Assembly (NCBI GenBank): GCA_965217585.1
Contig: OZ244561.1
Location: 5,088,001 to 5,152,000 of the forward strand
Reading direction: 5' to 3'
Length of the DNA stretch: 64,000 bases
From: Candidatus Latescibacterota bacterium
GTDB taxonomy: Bacteria; Latescibacterota; UBA2968; UBA8231
Below the pieces are notes generated by a model. That model did no database searches. It was not told the origin of the DNA and worked only from the letters and a program-made list of their open reading frames with translations. Position numbers and translations under genes: made by a program. Shown piece by piece: positions 31,497 through 40,171 of this stretch (position 1 is the first letter of the stretch; each line of letters begins with the position of its first letter).

Positions 31497-32408
31497 ATGG
31501 CTTTTTCAACGGCAGTGCAGCTTGAAGACGTGTGGAAGCGCTTCGGCGCGGTCGAGGCCGTGCGCGGGGTGTCGCTGCGCGTGCCCGCTGGGTGTATCTA
31601 CGGGCTGTTGGGTCCCAACGGCGCAGGTAAGACGACCCTGATCCGCATGATTATGAGCATCTTCTTCGCCGACTCCGGGCGCATCGGTCTGCTGGATGGG
31701 CAAAAGGCCCTCGCGGTCAAAGACCAGCTTGGCTATCTGCCCGAGGAAAAGGGCCTATACAAGAAGATGAAGGTCGCCGAGCAGATGACCTATTTCGCGC
31801 GGCTCAAGGGAGTTGCCACCGATGTGGCGCAGCAACGGGCCGCCGAGTTGTTGCAGCGCTATGGTCTGGGGGACTATCAGGATCGGCGCTGCGAGGTGCT
31901 TTCCAAGGGCATGGAACAAAAGGTGCAATTGCTCTCGGCGCTGATCCACGAGCCCGAGTTGGTCATTCTCGACGAGCCTTTTTCCGGGCTGGACCCGGTC
32001 AACCGCGATCTGATGCGAGATGCCATTTTGCAGATGCGCCGCGACGGCAAGACGGTGATCTTCTCGACCCACCTCATGGAACAGGCCGAGCAGCTATGCG
32101 ACTTTGTCGCGCTGATCAACAAGGGGCAGAAGGTCGTCGATGGCGCGTTAGGCCAAGTGCTCGCCAGCGGAGGGCATGCTGCGGTGCTTGACTACGACGG
32201 CGATGGGCGCTTGCTGCGCGATCTGCCGGGCGTTATCCGGGTCAACGACTCGGGCAAGCGGGCCGAGCTTTTTCTGGCTGAGGACGCGGACTCGCAAGCG
32301 ATATTGGCCGCGCTCGTCCACAAGGTGCAGATACGGGGCTTTGCCCTGCGCACGGCCTCTTTGCACGAGATATTTATCCGCGCCATAGGGGAGGCCGACG
32401 ATGCGTAA
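31497..32408 (+). CDS. ABC-2 type exporter ATP-binding subunit (NatA/YhaQ-like)
   Basis: GPNGAGKTT, LSKGMEQK, LDEPFSGLDP. Confidence 0.92.
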   Translation: MAFSTAVQLEDVWKRFGAVEAVRGVSLRVPAGCIYGLLGPNGAGKTTLIRMIMSIFFADSGRIGLLDGQKALAVKDQLGYLPEEKGLYKKMKVAEQMTYFARLKGVATDVAQQRAAELLQRYGLGDYQDRRCEVLSKGMEQKVQLLSALIHEPELVILDEPFSGLDPVNRDLMRDAILQMRRDGKTVIFSTHLMEQAEQLCDFVALINKGQKVVDGALGQVLASGGHAAVLDYDGDGRLLRDLPGVIRVNDSGKRAELFLAEDADSQAILAALVHKVQIRGFALRTASLHEIFIRAIGEADDA

Positions 32409-33924
32409 AATTGCTTTAGTTGCGCAGCGCGAATACATGGAGAACGTCCGCACCAAGGGGTTTTGGATCGGTGTACTGGCCTTCCCGCTCATCCTCGCGT
32501 TGAGCGTTGTGGTGCCCGTGCTATTGAGCGGGACCAAACAGGCGCGCACCTATGCCGTGATCGACCATTCGGGTTTTGTGCTACAGGAAGTTGAGGAGGG
32601 CATTTTGGCCGAAGATCTAGGCATAGTGCTGCGGGACGCGGCAGCGCGCTATCGCGATGGCGGTTCGGCTTGGGAGCGCCTGCCGACTGCGGTCAGGGCA
32701 GCCGCGAAGGGCTATGTGAGCTTGGCGGAAGCAGAGCGACCGGCACTGGTCCAGGACCTCGCTGCGGGCACAGGTGAGGGCGCGACCGGTCTCGTTGAGT
32801 GGTGGCAGCAGGTGTCGGCCGAGGAGTTGGAGGCCCTCGACTTGGAACTCTCGCGCAGCCGCTACGTCCGGGTGGATTTACCCAGCGGCGACGATGCGCC
32901 AGCCGCGCTCAATCGCATGGTGAACGACGGCGCGCTCTTTGCCTACTTCGTCATCGCCCCAGATCCAGTCGTCAGCGACGAGGGGTGCAAATACATCTCT
33001 TTGAACCTGACCGACCGAGATTTGCGCCATTGGTTTGCAGACCGGGTGTTCCAAGTGGTGCGGGCGCGGCGCATTGCGCAGGCGGGCCTCGACGCGGAAA
33101 CGAGCAACTGGTTGCAGACCCCAGTGCATTTCGCGGAGCGCAAAGTCGATAAGCGCGGCGGAGAGGCTGAGGTTTCCACCGGCGACAAGGTCCAGCAGTG
33201 GGCCGTCATACCGTTCGTGTACCTATTGTGGATGGCGATATTTATCAACGCACAGACGCTTATGACCAATACCGTGGAGGAGAAGTCGTCGCGCCTCATC
33301 GAGGTGCTGCTGTCCGCGCTCTCGCCCTTTGAGCTGATGGCCGGCAAGATCGCCGGTACGGCCGCGGTTGGGCTGACCTTGGTCTTTACTTGGGTCGTGT
33401 GCGTCGTGGTGGGGGTGGTGATCGCGCCGGCCGCGTTGGGGGACGATGCGGCCTCCATCGTCGGCATTGTCAGCACTCCACTTTACTTGTGGTCCTTTAT
33501 CTTTTACTTCTTGGCCGGCTTCCTGCTGTACGCTTGCCTGTTGGTGGGGGCTGGCTCGCTGTGCAACAGCTTAAAAGACGCGCAGAGCCTGATGTTGCCG
33601 CTCCTCATCCCGCTGATCGTGCCGTTGCTTATGATGGTACCCATCACCCAGGATCCCAACGGGACCTTGGCGCGGGTTGTGTCCTACATCCCGCTCTTTA
33701 CCCCTTTTGTCATGATGAATCGGGCCGCTGGCTCACCGCCGCTGTGGGAGTATTTGGCTACCACAGTACTGCTTCTTTTGTCCATCTACTTCGCAGTGCA
33801 GGGGGCGGGCAAGGTCTTCCGCATCGGCATCTTGATGACGGGCAAGCCGCCGCGCTTGGGAGAGGTCATGCGCTGGTTGACGGCCAAAGAAGACATTAGC
33901 CCAGCGGAGCGCGAAGCGGGTTGA
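32401..33924 (+). CDS. ABC-2 type exporter permease (NatB/YhaP-like)
   Basis: VEEKSSRLIEVLLS..ELMAGKI; several TM helices. Confidence 0.9.
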   Translation: MRKIALVAQREYMENVRTKGFWIGVLAFPLILALSVVVPVLLSGTKQARTYAVIDHSGFVLQEVEEGILAEDLGIVLRDAAARYRDGGSAWERLPTAVRAAAKGYVSLAEAERPALVQDLAAGTGEGATGLVEWWQQVSAEELEALDLELSRSRYVRVDLPSGDDAPAALNRMVNDGALFAYFVIAPDPVVSDEGCKYISLNLTDRDLRHWFADRVFQVVRARRIAQAGLDAETSNWLQTPVHFAERKVDKRGGEAEVSTGDKVQQWAVIPFVYLLWMAIFINAQTLMTNTVEEKSSRLIEVLLSALSPFELMAGKIAGTAAVGLTLVFTWVVCVVVGVVIAPAALGDDAASIVGIVSTPLYLWSFIFYFLAGFLLYACLLVGAGSLCNSLKDAQSLMLPLLIPLIVPLLMMVPITQDPNGTLARVVSYIPLFTPFVMMNRAAGSPPLWEYLATTVLLLLSIYFAVQGAGKVFRIGILMTGKPPRLGEVMRWLTAKEDISPAEREAG

Positions 33925-33925
33925 G

Positions 33926-34810
33926 TCAGTTGAGCGGGATCAGGCGATTGGCAAGAACGCGGATGTTGTGCTCGATGGTGGAGGCGTCCGAGGCGTCGCC
34001 GGCCCAGCGGAGGTACTCGCTAAAGGCCTCAATGGCCTTGAGATACTCGCGGGTGTGGTGGTAGAGGAAGCCGAGGTCGCGGTAGTTTTCGGCTTCGGCC
34101 GGCTGTAGGTACGCGATTTTCTCGGCCCAGCGGATGGCCGTGGGAAACTCGCGGGCTTGGAAGTGGAGGCGTTTGAGGTTGCGGAGCATGCGTGCTAAGA
34201 TGTGCAGCGACGAGGCTGGCTCGATGAACTCGGCGGCCAATTCGAGTCGGCGTCCCTCGATGACCGGCAGCCGCTCGCCCAAGGACTTGCTATCGACAAA
34301 AGCGCCGTCGGCAAAGGGATCCACGAAGAGCGGTTCGTCGCCTTGGGTGCTGCGCACGAGGAAGTGATGCGGAAAATTGACCCCTGCGAGGGGGAAGGAC
34401 AGCCGCTTCCCTAGCTCTAGATAGACGACCGCTAGAGTGATGGGAATACCGAGGCGACGGTCGAGGACCTCGTTGAGATAGCTGTTGCAGGGGTCGTCGT
34501 AGTGGGTTCGGTTGCCGCGGAAGCCGAGGTCGCCGAACACGTATTGGCTCAGGTTGGCCAGCGAGGCTGGCAGGGAATCGGCCGCGGCATAGCGAGCGCG
34601 AAAGCCCTCGCTCAGCGCGTCGAGCTGCCGCAGGTAATGCTCGATATCGAGGTCGGGATACGCTTGCTGGGCGATGAGCAAGGCTCCGCGAGCGAGGTCG
34701 ATCTCGCCGGAGGGGTCGCGCACCTTTTGGACGAGTGCGAAAAAGGGATCGGAAGGCCGTGGACGCATGCCGACTGCGGCCCCGGTTAGACGCTGCGGTT
34801 GTGGATCCAA
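33926..34810 (-). CDS. SirB1/transglutaminase-like protein with TPR
   Basis: FRGNRTHYDDPCNSYLNEVLDRRLGIPITL, FPHHFL, RMLRNLK; start may be 34769. Confidence 0.85.
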   Translation of the reverse strand: MDPQPQRLTGAAVGMRPRPSDPFFALVQKVRDPSGEIDLARGALLIAQQAYPDLDIEHYLRQLDALSEGFRARYAAADSLPASLANLSQYVFGDLGFRGNRTHYDDPCNSYLNEVLDRRLGIPITLAVVYLELGKRLSFPLAGVNFPHHFLVRSTQGDEPLFVDPFADGAFVDSKSLGERLPVIEGRRLELAAEFIEPASSLHILARMLRNLKRLHFQAREFPTAIRWAEKIAYLQPAEAENYRDLGFLYHHTREYLKAIEAFSEYLRWAGDASDASTIEHNIRVLANRLIPLN

Positions 34811-35775
34811 CTAAACCGCAGCGGCGCGGTGTGAGTCTGCCGCCGCTCGTTGCGCTCGGCCAGCTTGGCATAGCGCAGCCCGAGCGTGCATAAGTAGTCT
34901 TGGGCGGCGGCCGCTTCGCCGGTGAGGCCGCAGAGCGAGTCCAACTCCCACTGGCGGACTAGGTGCTGGGTGATTTCGGCGTAGTGCTTGGCCGTGTACA
35001 CCCCGAGCCGCTGGGCCACGATCGAGAAGTGTTCAAAGAGGTTGGGGTCCTGCCCGTCGGTCATCAGGTGAGCGGGCATGACGACTTGGCGTTTCATTAG
35101 GTCGCGGAAGGCCAATACCGCGCCGTTGGGATCTAGCTCGAAAATTCTCTTGATAAAGTTCGTGTACGCTCTTTCGTGGCGGGCCTCGTCGCCGGCCACG
35201 ACGCCGCAGATGGTCTTGAGGTGAGAATCGCCGGCCTTTTGCGCCAAGCGGGCCACGTTGCTGTGGGAGATGCGGGTCGCCCGCTCTTGGAAAGACGTAT
35301 AGACGAAGCCCTTGTAGGGATCTTGGGCAGCCTGTGGGTTGAAGCCAGTGCGCAGCAGGTATTGGATCGTCGTCTCGATGGCGCGCATATCGACGCGGCC
35401 CGTGAGGAAGAGGTATTTGTTGAGCAGGTCGCCGTGGCGATTTTCCTCGGCCGTCCAACCGCGCGACCACTGGGCCCACGGGCTGGGATCCGTGCCGGTG
35501 GTGTCCGACACGCCTTCAAAGCTGTTGAGTAAGGTCTGGTAGGTGGGCAGAGCTTCCTCGGTGATCATGTCGCCGACGAGGACGACGAGGACATCGTCGG
35601 GAAGTGCTTGGGCGCGGGTGCGGAATTCGCGGATGGAGTCTTCCCAGTTTTCCGCGCCCATATTGGGGAGAAGATCGTCGGGCTGCCAACTGTCTTCTAC
35701 GGACTTGAGCAACTGGAGCTGGTCCCTGACAAAATCCTCCATGCTCGCAATGACTTCTCTCTTGTGCGGATTCAA
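34786..35775 (-). CDS. Soluble acyl-ACP desaturase (FA_desaturase_2, di-iron)
   Basis: MITEEALPTY, WTAEENRHGDLL, YTSFQERAT, DEARHE. Confidence 0.93.
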   Translation of the reverse strand: MNPHKREVIASMEDFVRDQLQLLKSVEDSWQPDDLLPNMGAENWEDSIREFRTRAQALPDDVLVVLVGDMITEEALPTYQTLLNSFEGVSDTTGTDPSPWAQWSRGWTAEENRHGDLLNKYLFLTGRVDMRAIETTIQYLLRTGFNPQAAQDPYKGFVYTSFQERATRISHSNVARLAQKAGDSHLKTICGVVAGDEARHERAYTNFIKRIFELDPNGAVLAFRDLMKRQVVMPAHLMTDGQDPNLFEHFSIVAQRLGVYTAKHYAEITQHLVRQWELDSLCGLTGEAAAAQDYLCTLGLRYAKLAERNERRQTHTAPLRFSWIHNRSV

Positions 35776-35930
35776 CTGAGTTTCTCCATCACTGAGTGAT
35801 TGAAAGATACCCTAACCGGATACGCGGGCGGCATGGGTTTATAAATATAAATTATTGAATATAAGACAAAATGGACAAGTTGAGCTATCGATTCAAGCGG
35901 TTTTTCCTCGGGTAAGCCTTTTGATACCAA

Positions 35931-35947
35931 TTATGACTATGTCATAA
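35931..35947. promoter_or_regulatory. Palindromic operator TTATGAC-TAT-GTCATAA in the divergent desaturase/psp intergenic region
   Basis: Perfect 7-3-7 inverted repeat in an AT-rich promoter region. Confidence 0.5.
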
Positions 35948-36038
35948 AACACTTGTTTTGCATATAAAACAAATGGAACATAGTATAAACTCGCTCTTGT
36001 AGCCCGTCAACGCTCGCCGCGATGTGCGTGCGAGCGGC

Positions 36039-36072
36039 TGGCGACTCTCGCCAAAAGTGGCGAATGCTGCCA
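36039..36072 (+). promoter_or_regulatory. Tandem putative enhancer (UAS) sites TGGCGA-N3-TCGCCA / TGGCGA-N3-CTGCCA
   Basis: Two palindromes about 80-110 bp upstream of a -24/-12 element. Confidence 0.5.
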
Positions 36073-36149
36073 TAAACGCGGGTAGTGCCACGCTCCTCTT
36101 AAAATCCTATCCGATTGTTTACAAATGAGTTGTACACGGAGCAAAACGG

Positions 36150-36165
36150 CGGTACGCCCTTTGCT
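36150..36165 (+). promoter_or_regulatory. Sigma54 -24/-12 promoter
   Basis: CGGTACGCCCTTTGCT: GG-N10-GC with TTGCT, upstream of the pspA-containing operon. Confidence 0.6.
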
Positions 36166-36206
36166 AATAAACGGGGTGAATCCCTTACCCCAACAAGGAG
36201 GATACC

Positions 36207-36440
36207 TTGGTGAACAAAGGATTTAGCAGGGAGCAGATCGAGCGCGTGGCGCGGATGTACAAATGCAATCAGGACGCCAGCCAGGCGCTGGGGATCACGA
36301 TACGCAGCTTTAGCCGGCTCTGCCGCAAATACGACATTGAATCGCCTTTTGCGCGGCGGCAGCGACAGCGCTGTCGGGCGGCCCAAAGCACTAACCCCGC
36401 TTCACCGCGCCTTGTCCTGCCTAAAGGCAGGGTGAAATAG
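36207..36440 (+). CDS. Small stand-alone Fis-type HTH protein
   Basis: AAGGAGG RBS; EQIERVARMYKCNQDASQALGITIRSFSRLCRKYDI resembles the C-terminal HTH of bEBPs. Confidence 0.65.
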   Translation: MVNKGFSREQIERVARMYKCNQDASQALGITIRSFSRLCRKYDIESPFARRQRQRCRAAQSTNPASPRLVLPKGRVK

Positions 36441-36485
36441 GCGTGCTTCACCACTCCTTCAGGAGTGAACAATAGGAGCCATATT

Positions 36486-37154
36486 ATGAGAGCAATAGAG
36501 CGGATCGCCGCCATCTGGAAGGCGAACCTCAACGAGGCGCTGGACCGGATTGAAGATCCAGCCAAGATGGTGGATCAGATCGTCCGCGACGCAGAGCGCG
36601 CCGTTGACCAAGCCGTAGCCGCGCTAGTCAAGGCGCGGGCCACCAAGCGGCGTCTAGAGCGCGATCTCCAGCGCAACGCCGAGCAGATACAGATGTGGCA
36701 AGCGAAGGCCGCAACCGCAGTGGAGGCCGGAAACGACGAGGGAGCGCGGCTCGCCTTGATACAGAAGACCGAGCTGGACCAGGCGCACGTGCGGCTGGAA
36801 CCGGCCCTCGCAGAAAGCTGCGACACCGTAGTCCAACTGGAGGAGCAGGTCGAGATCCTGCGCCAAAAGCTGCGCGATATCCGCGCGCGGCGGGGCAAGC
36901 TGATCGCCCGCTGTTGCGCCGAGCGCGAGCGCGGTGTAGCATTCGGCGAAGACGCGCCCGCACTCCGCTTTACCGCGATCGCGCAGCGAGTGCAGCAAAG
37001 CGAGCACGAACTGACGCGTTTTGAGGAACAGGTGGATCAGGCAGTTGCTGAGGCCGAAGTGTTGCGCGAATTAGCTGCCGAGCGCCGAGCCGAGCGCGAC
37101 CGCAAAGTCGCAGAGGAAATGGCCGCGCTGAAAGCGGCTTCACCTCGCCTTTAG
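36486..37154 (+). CDS. pspA: PspA/IM30 family protein
   Basis: ANLNEALDRIEDPAKMVDQIVRD...W..KA..A..AGNDEGAR.AL..K coiled coil. Confidence 0.88.
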   Translation: MRAIERIAAIWKANLNEALDRIEDPAKMVDQIVRDAERAVDQAVAALVKARATKRRLERDLQRNAEQIQMWQAKAATAVEAGNDEGARLALIQKTELDQAHVRLEPALAESCDTVVQLEEQVEILRQKLRDIRARRGKLIARCCAERERGVAFGEDAPALRFTAIAQRVQQSEHELTRFEEQVDQAVAEAEVLRELAAERRAERDRKVAEEMAALKAASPRL

Positions 37155-37187
37155 GCGAGACCAAAAGCATCGTAAAGGAGGCCAGTC

Positions 37188-37556
37188 ATGTTGGCCAGAA
37201 TACTAGGTGTGATATTGCTAATCGGGGGCGTTGCTTGGGCGGTCAAGTTGATCTGGCCTGTGTTCGGCAGTCTCTTTGGTTTGCTCGGCGCAGTTGCGGT
37301 CGGTCTCTTAGCTGCCGGGGCGCTCTACATAGGTCTGCGCTGGCTGCGCGGCGAGAACATCTTAGGCCGGGTCGTCGGAGCCTTGGCCCTACTCGCTGGA
37401 GTCTGGCTGGCATTTTGGGCCGCGTGGAGCTTGGTGGCCGGCGTCTTTGGGGCTGCGCTTTTGCTGCTGAAAGTTGCTTTGATGCTGGCGATGCTCTACG
37501 TGGGCTGGAGGTGGCTGGACAACGGCGAGTTTAGCCTGCGGAGATGGAGGATTTGA
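37188..37556 (+). CDS. Small 4-TM membrane protein with an internal duplication
   Basis: AAGGAGG RBS; two halves ending LYIGLRWL and LYVGWRWL. Confidence 0.75.
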   Translation: MLARILGVILLIGGVAWAVKLIWPVFGSLFGLLGAVAVGLLAAGALYIGLRWLRGENILGRVVGALALLAGVWLAFWAAWSLVAGVFGAALLLLKVALMLAMLYVGWRWLDNGEFSLRRWRI

Positions 37557-37590
37557 GGACAAAAAAACGCGCTGCAAGGGGTTAAATTGC

Positions 37591-37644
37591 TTGACAACTG
37601 CACTTATGTTCAGTATATTTCGATTACTGAACACAAGTGCAGTA
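37591..37644 (+). promoter_or_regulatory. Sigma70 promoter (TTGACA-17-TATATT) overlapped by a 19-bp-arm inverted repeat made of two CTG-N10-CAG boxes
   Basis: ACTGCACTTATGTTCAGTA (37597-37615) and TACTGAACACAAGTGCAGT (37625-37643), 1 mismatch. Confidence 0.7.
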
Positions 37645-37709
37645 AAGCGATTCCCCCACGTCCTCTCTGGCGCATCCCCGAGCGCCAGTACTCCCTTAGG
37701 AGGTTTCCA

Positions 37710-38006
37710 ATGCACAGGCAACGCGTATCCTCCCCCATGTTCCCATCTGTATCCCGTCTGGGCGGCGAGCTCAGCGCGGTTATCAATCGGGTGCGGAGCG
37801 CTTTCGGTCCCATTCCGATGCGCGGCTCGGCCACCCGTCCTCAGGTTCAGCGGGCCGAGAAAGTCGTCGATCAAACCGCCCGTCAGCTCCTGCGCGGCGA
37901 AGCGGATCTGAGCGCGTGGTACCGGGTGCTGCGCCAGTACGAAGATGCTTGGATGCTAGAGCTGGAAAGAGTGCGCGGTGCTCGGGCCGAGCGCTGTGCC
38001 GCTTAG
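37710..38006 (+). CDS. Small hypothetical protein (98 aa)
   Basis: AGGAGG RBS before ATG 37710, downstream of a near-consensus promoter. Confidence 0.6.
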   Translation: MHRQRVSSPMFPSVSRLGGELSAVINRVRSAFGPIPMRGSATRPQVQRAEKVVDQTARQLLRGEADLSAWYRVLRQYEDAWMLELERVRGARAERCAA

Positions 38007-38266
38007 CCGAGTTGTATCTCGTCCACCTTGCCGACGATGGCCGCGTCCACAGGCAGTGGAGGGGCGAAGGCATTGCAGGCTTCGCGTGCGACCTCGACGA
38101 TCACCGCGTCTCCCTCGCGCAGGGCCGCCCAAGTCGCGCAGACCTCGGCCTCGCCCATAGGCTCTAGGCGCTCGTCGAGGTCTTGGGTCAAGTGCAATAT
38201 CTGGCCGCGGAACGGTTCAATGCACTGCGAGAGCACTACGGTGCCCACCACCTTGGCTAGTTTCAC
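38003..38266 (-). CDS. BMC pentamer (EutN/CcmL family)
   Basis: VKLAKVVGTVV...GDAVIV...PVDAAIVGKVD; GTGA overlap. Confidence 0.88.
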   Translation of the reverse strand: MKLAKVVGTVVLSQCIEPFRGQILHLTQDLDERLEPMGEAEVCATWAALREGDAVIVEVAREACNAFAPPLPVDAAIVGKVDEIQLG

Positions 38267-38523
38267 GCGGTGGCCCCTTCGTCGATAATTCCCACGATCA
38301 CGCTCCTGCATGGCGGCCGCTCGGCCCCAGTCACCGCGGCCCCGGCGGCCCCTGACTGCACGACCAGCACTTTGCTGCCGATCCCCGCTTGGACCCCATC
38401 TACCGCCACTTGCAAAGCGCTGCCCTCCTCGCCTTCGGGGCGCACCACCATGATCTTCTGGCCGACGAGCAAGGGATGTTTGCTGCTGGCGACTACGTGG
38501 CCAATAACGCGACAGACTCTCAT
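38263..38523 (-). CDS. BMC pentamer (EutN/CcmL family)
   Basis: MRVCRVIGHVVASSKHPLL...VAVDGVQAGIGSKVLV...IVGIID. Confidence 0.92.
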   Translation of the reverse strand: MRVCRVIGHVVASSKHPLLVGQKIMVVRPEGEEGSALQVAVDGVQAGIGSKVLVVQSGAAGAAVTGAERPPCRSVIVGIIDEGATA

Positions 38524-38822
38524 ACGACTTGTTTTTCTAGGGCGCGTCCAAACGCCTGTAGCGAATCCACGATGCCGATGATTAGCGCATCTACTGGCAT
38601 CTGATCCATGCCCGGTGCCTGTCGTGCCGAGCTGCCCTGCACGACGACGACGAGCTCACCTTCACCCGCTTGCACAGCGTCGATGCAGACGAGGTGTTTC
38701 TGGGTGTGCTGCAAGCCCTCGGGCGTGGCGGCGAGAATTTCGACTATTAAGAGTTTCTCGCCTGCGAGGGCATCTACCTTGGCGCTGGAGACTACGTGCC
38801 CTTTGACGAGGCCGAGTATCAA
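38520..38822 (-). CDS. BMC pentamer (EutN/CcmL family)
   Basis: MILGLVKGHVVSSAK...DAVQAGEGELVVVVQGSSAR...PVDALIIGIVD. Confidence 0.93.
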   Translation of the reverse strand: MILGLVKGHVVSSAKVDALAGEKLLIVEILAATPEGLQHTQKHLVCIDAVQAGEGELVVVVQGSSARQAPGMDQMPVDALIIGIVDSLQAFGRALEKQVV

Positions 38823-40075
38823 GAGCTTTCCTCAAAGAGCTGCAAGCTGGCGGCGTCGATTTCTTGCGCGCCGTACTCGTACAAGCCAGCGACCTTTTCC
38901 AACACTTGGTTCATGAGGACATCCGGGCAGGACGCGCCCGAGGTAATGATCAGCCGCACAGGCAGGGGGCGCGGCAGCCAGCCTTCGCTCTCGGTTGTTT
39001 TTTTAGCGTGGACGTCGAAATGGCGGATGCGCTGGTCCGATAGGATCTCATCGCTGTTGGCAATGAGGAAGCTCGGCATGGATTGGAGGCACAACTCGAC
39101 TAAATGCGAAGTGTTCGAGCTATTGTAGCCGCCGACGACCAGCGCCAAATCGGCGCCGGAGCTCAGCAGCGTGCGCGTGGCGTTCTGGTTTTGGTGGGTG
39201 GCGTAGCACAGGGTGTCGTTGGTGTCGGCGCAGTGGTAGTCGAGATTTTCCTCGCCATAGCGCTGGCGCATGGCGCGACGCAAAATTGCGGCCACTTCCT
39301 GCGTTTCCTCGGCGAGCATGGTCGTCTGGTTGACCACGGCCACCCGCTCTAGGTCCTTTTGTGGGTTGAAGCCTTCTGAGCTTTTGCCGATAAAGGCGCG
39401 CTCGAAGTCGGCCAGCAGCAGCGCGCCCGTGATGTACGCGGCCACCTGCTCGGCTTCGGTGGCGTCGAATACCACTAGGGTCTTGGTGTGTTCCTCGGTG
39501 TGCGAATGAGTCGCTTGGGTCTCGGCGTGGTTGTACTTGCCGTGGATGATGATGGTATAGCCTTGGCGGCCTAACTCTTCGCCGCGCTTCCACACCTTGG
39601 ACACAAAGGGGCAGGTGGTATCGTAGTTTTCCCGGTATTCCTCGGACTCAATGTCGATGCCGCTTTGGCGGAGCGATTCCTCGTTCTGCATGGTGGTGCC
39701 AAAGGCCGGGATGAGCGCAATGTCGTCGCTGCTCAGTTCCTCCTCGGAGACTTGGCGATCCCCCTCGGAGTCGTAGATGAAGCGGACGCCTTGCTTTTTG
39801 AGGTCGTTGTTGACCAAGGGGTTGTGGATAATCTCGCTGACGAGGTACGTGTTGCGATCCGGGTTTTCCCTTAGGGCTGAAAAGGCCATGTGAATGGCCC
39901 GCTCGACCCCGAAGCAAAAGCCAAAGTGCCGGGGAATTAAAACCTGTAGCTGACCGATTTGCAGGAGCGTCGGGCACAGCGAACGCTTGCCGTTTTTCAG
40001 GCGGTAATCCTTGACGCGCTGGATGATGGGGCCGGCGTAGTGATTGGGGACCCGGTCGAATTGCGGATACGCCAT
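38819..40075 (-). CDS. ispH: 4-hydroxy-3-methylbut-2-enyl diphosphate reductase
   Basis: GFCFGVERAI, IIHN, DTTCPFV, TLCYAT, GGYNSSNT, TSGASCP. Confidence 0.95.
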   Translation of the reverse strand: MAYPQFDRVPNHYAGPIIQRVKDYRLKNGKRSLCPTLLQIGQLQVLIPRHFGFCFGVERAIHMAFSALRENPDRNTYLVSEIIHNPLVNNDLKKQGVRFIYDSEGDRQVSEEELSSDDIALIPAFGTTMQNEESLRQSGIDIESEEYRENYDTTCPFVSKVWKRGEELGRQGYTIIIHGKYNHAETQATHSHTEEHTKTLVVFDATEAEQVAAYITGALLLADFERAFIGKSSEGFNPQKDLERVAVVNQTTMLAEETQEVAAILRRAMRQRYGEENLDYHCADTNDTLCYATHQNQNATRTLLSSGADLALVVGGYNSSNTSHLVELCLQSMPSFLIANSDEILSDQRIRHFDVHAKKTTESEGWLPRPLPVRLIITSGASCPDVLMNQVLEKVAGLYEYGAQEIDAASLQLFEESS

Positions 40076-40108
40076 GCGAAGCTCCTTGTGGAATTTCTAT
40101 AAAAGTAC

Positions 40109-40136
40109 ATAGTACAGCATCAGGTTAAGCTGTCAA
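40109..40136 (-). promoter_or_regulatory. Putative sigma70 promoter of the ispH-BMC-P operon
   Basis: Minus strand TTGACA-N16-TACTAT. Confidence 0.5.
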
Positions 40137-40171
40137 TAGAGCGCCCTGCTCGGGGCCGGGCGATTGGTTAT

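Noticed and set aside
35780-36200. tRNA or riboswitch in the AT-rich intergenic region
   Set aside because: No cloverleaf or recognisable aptamer; explained by divergent promoters and operator palindromes
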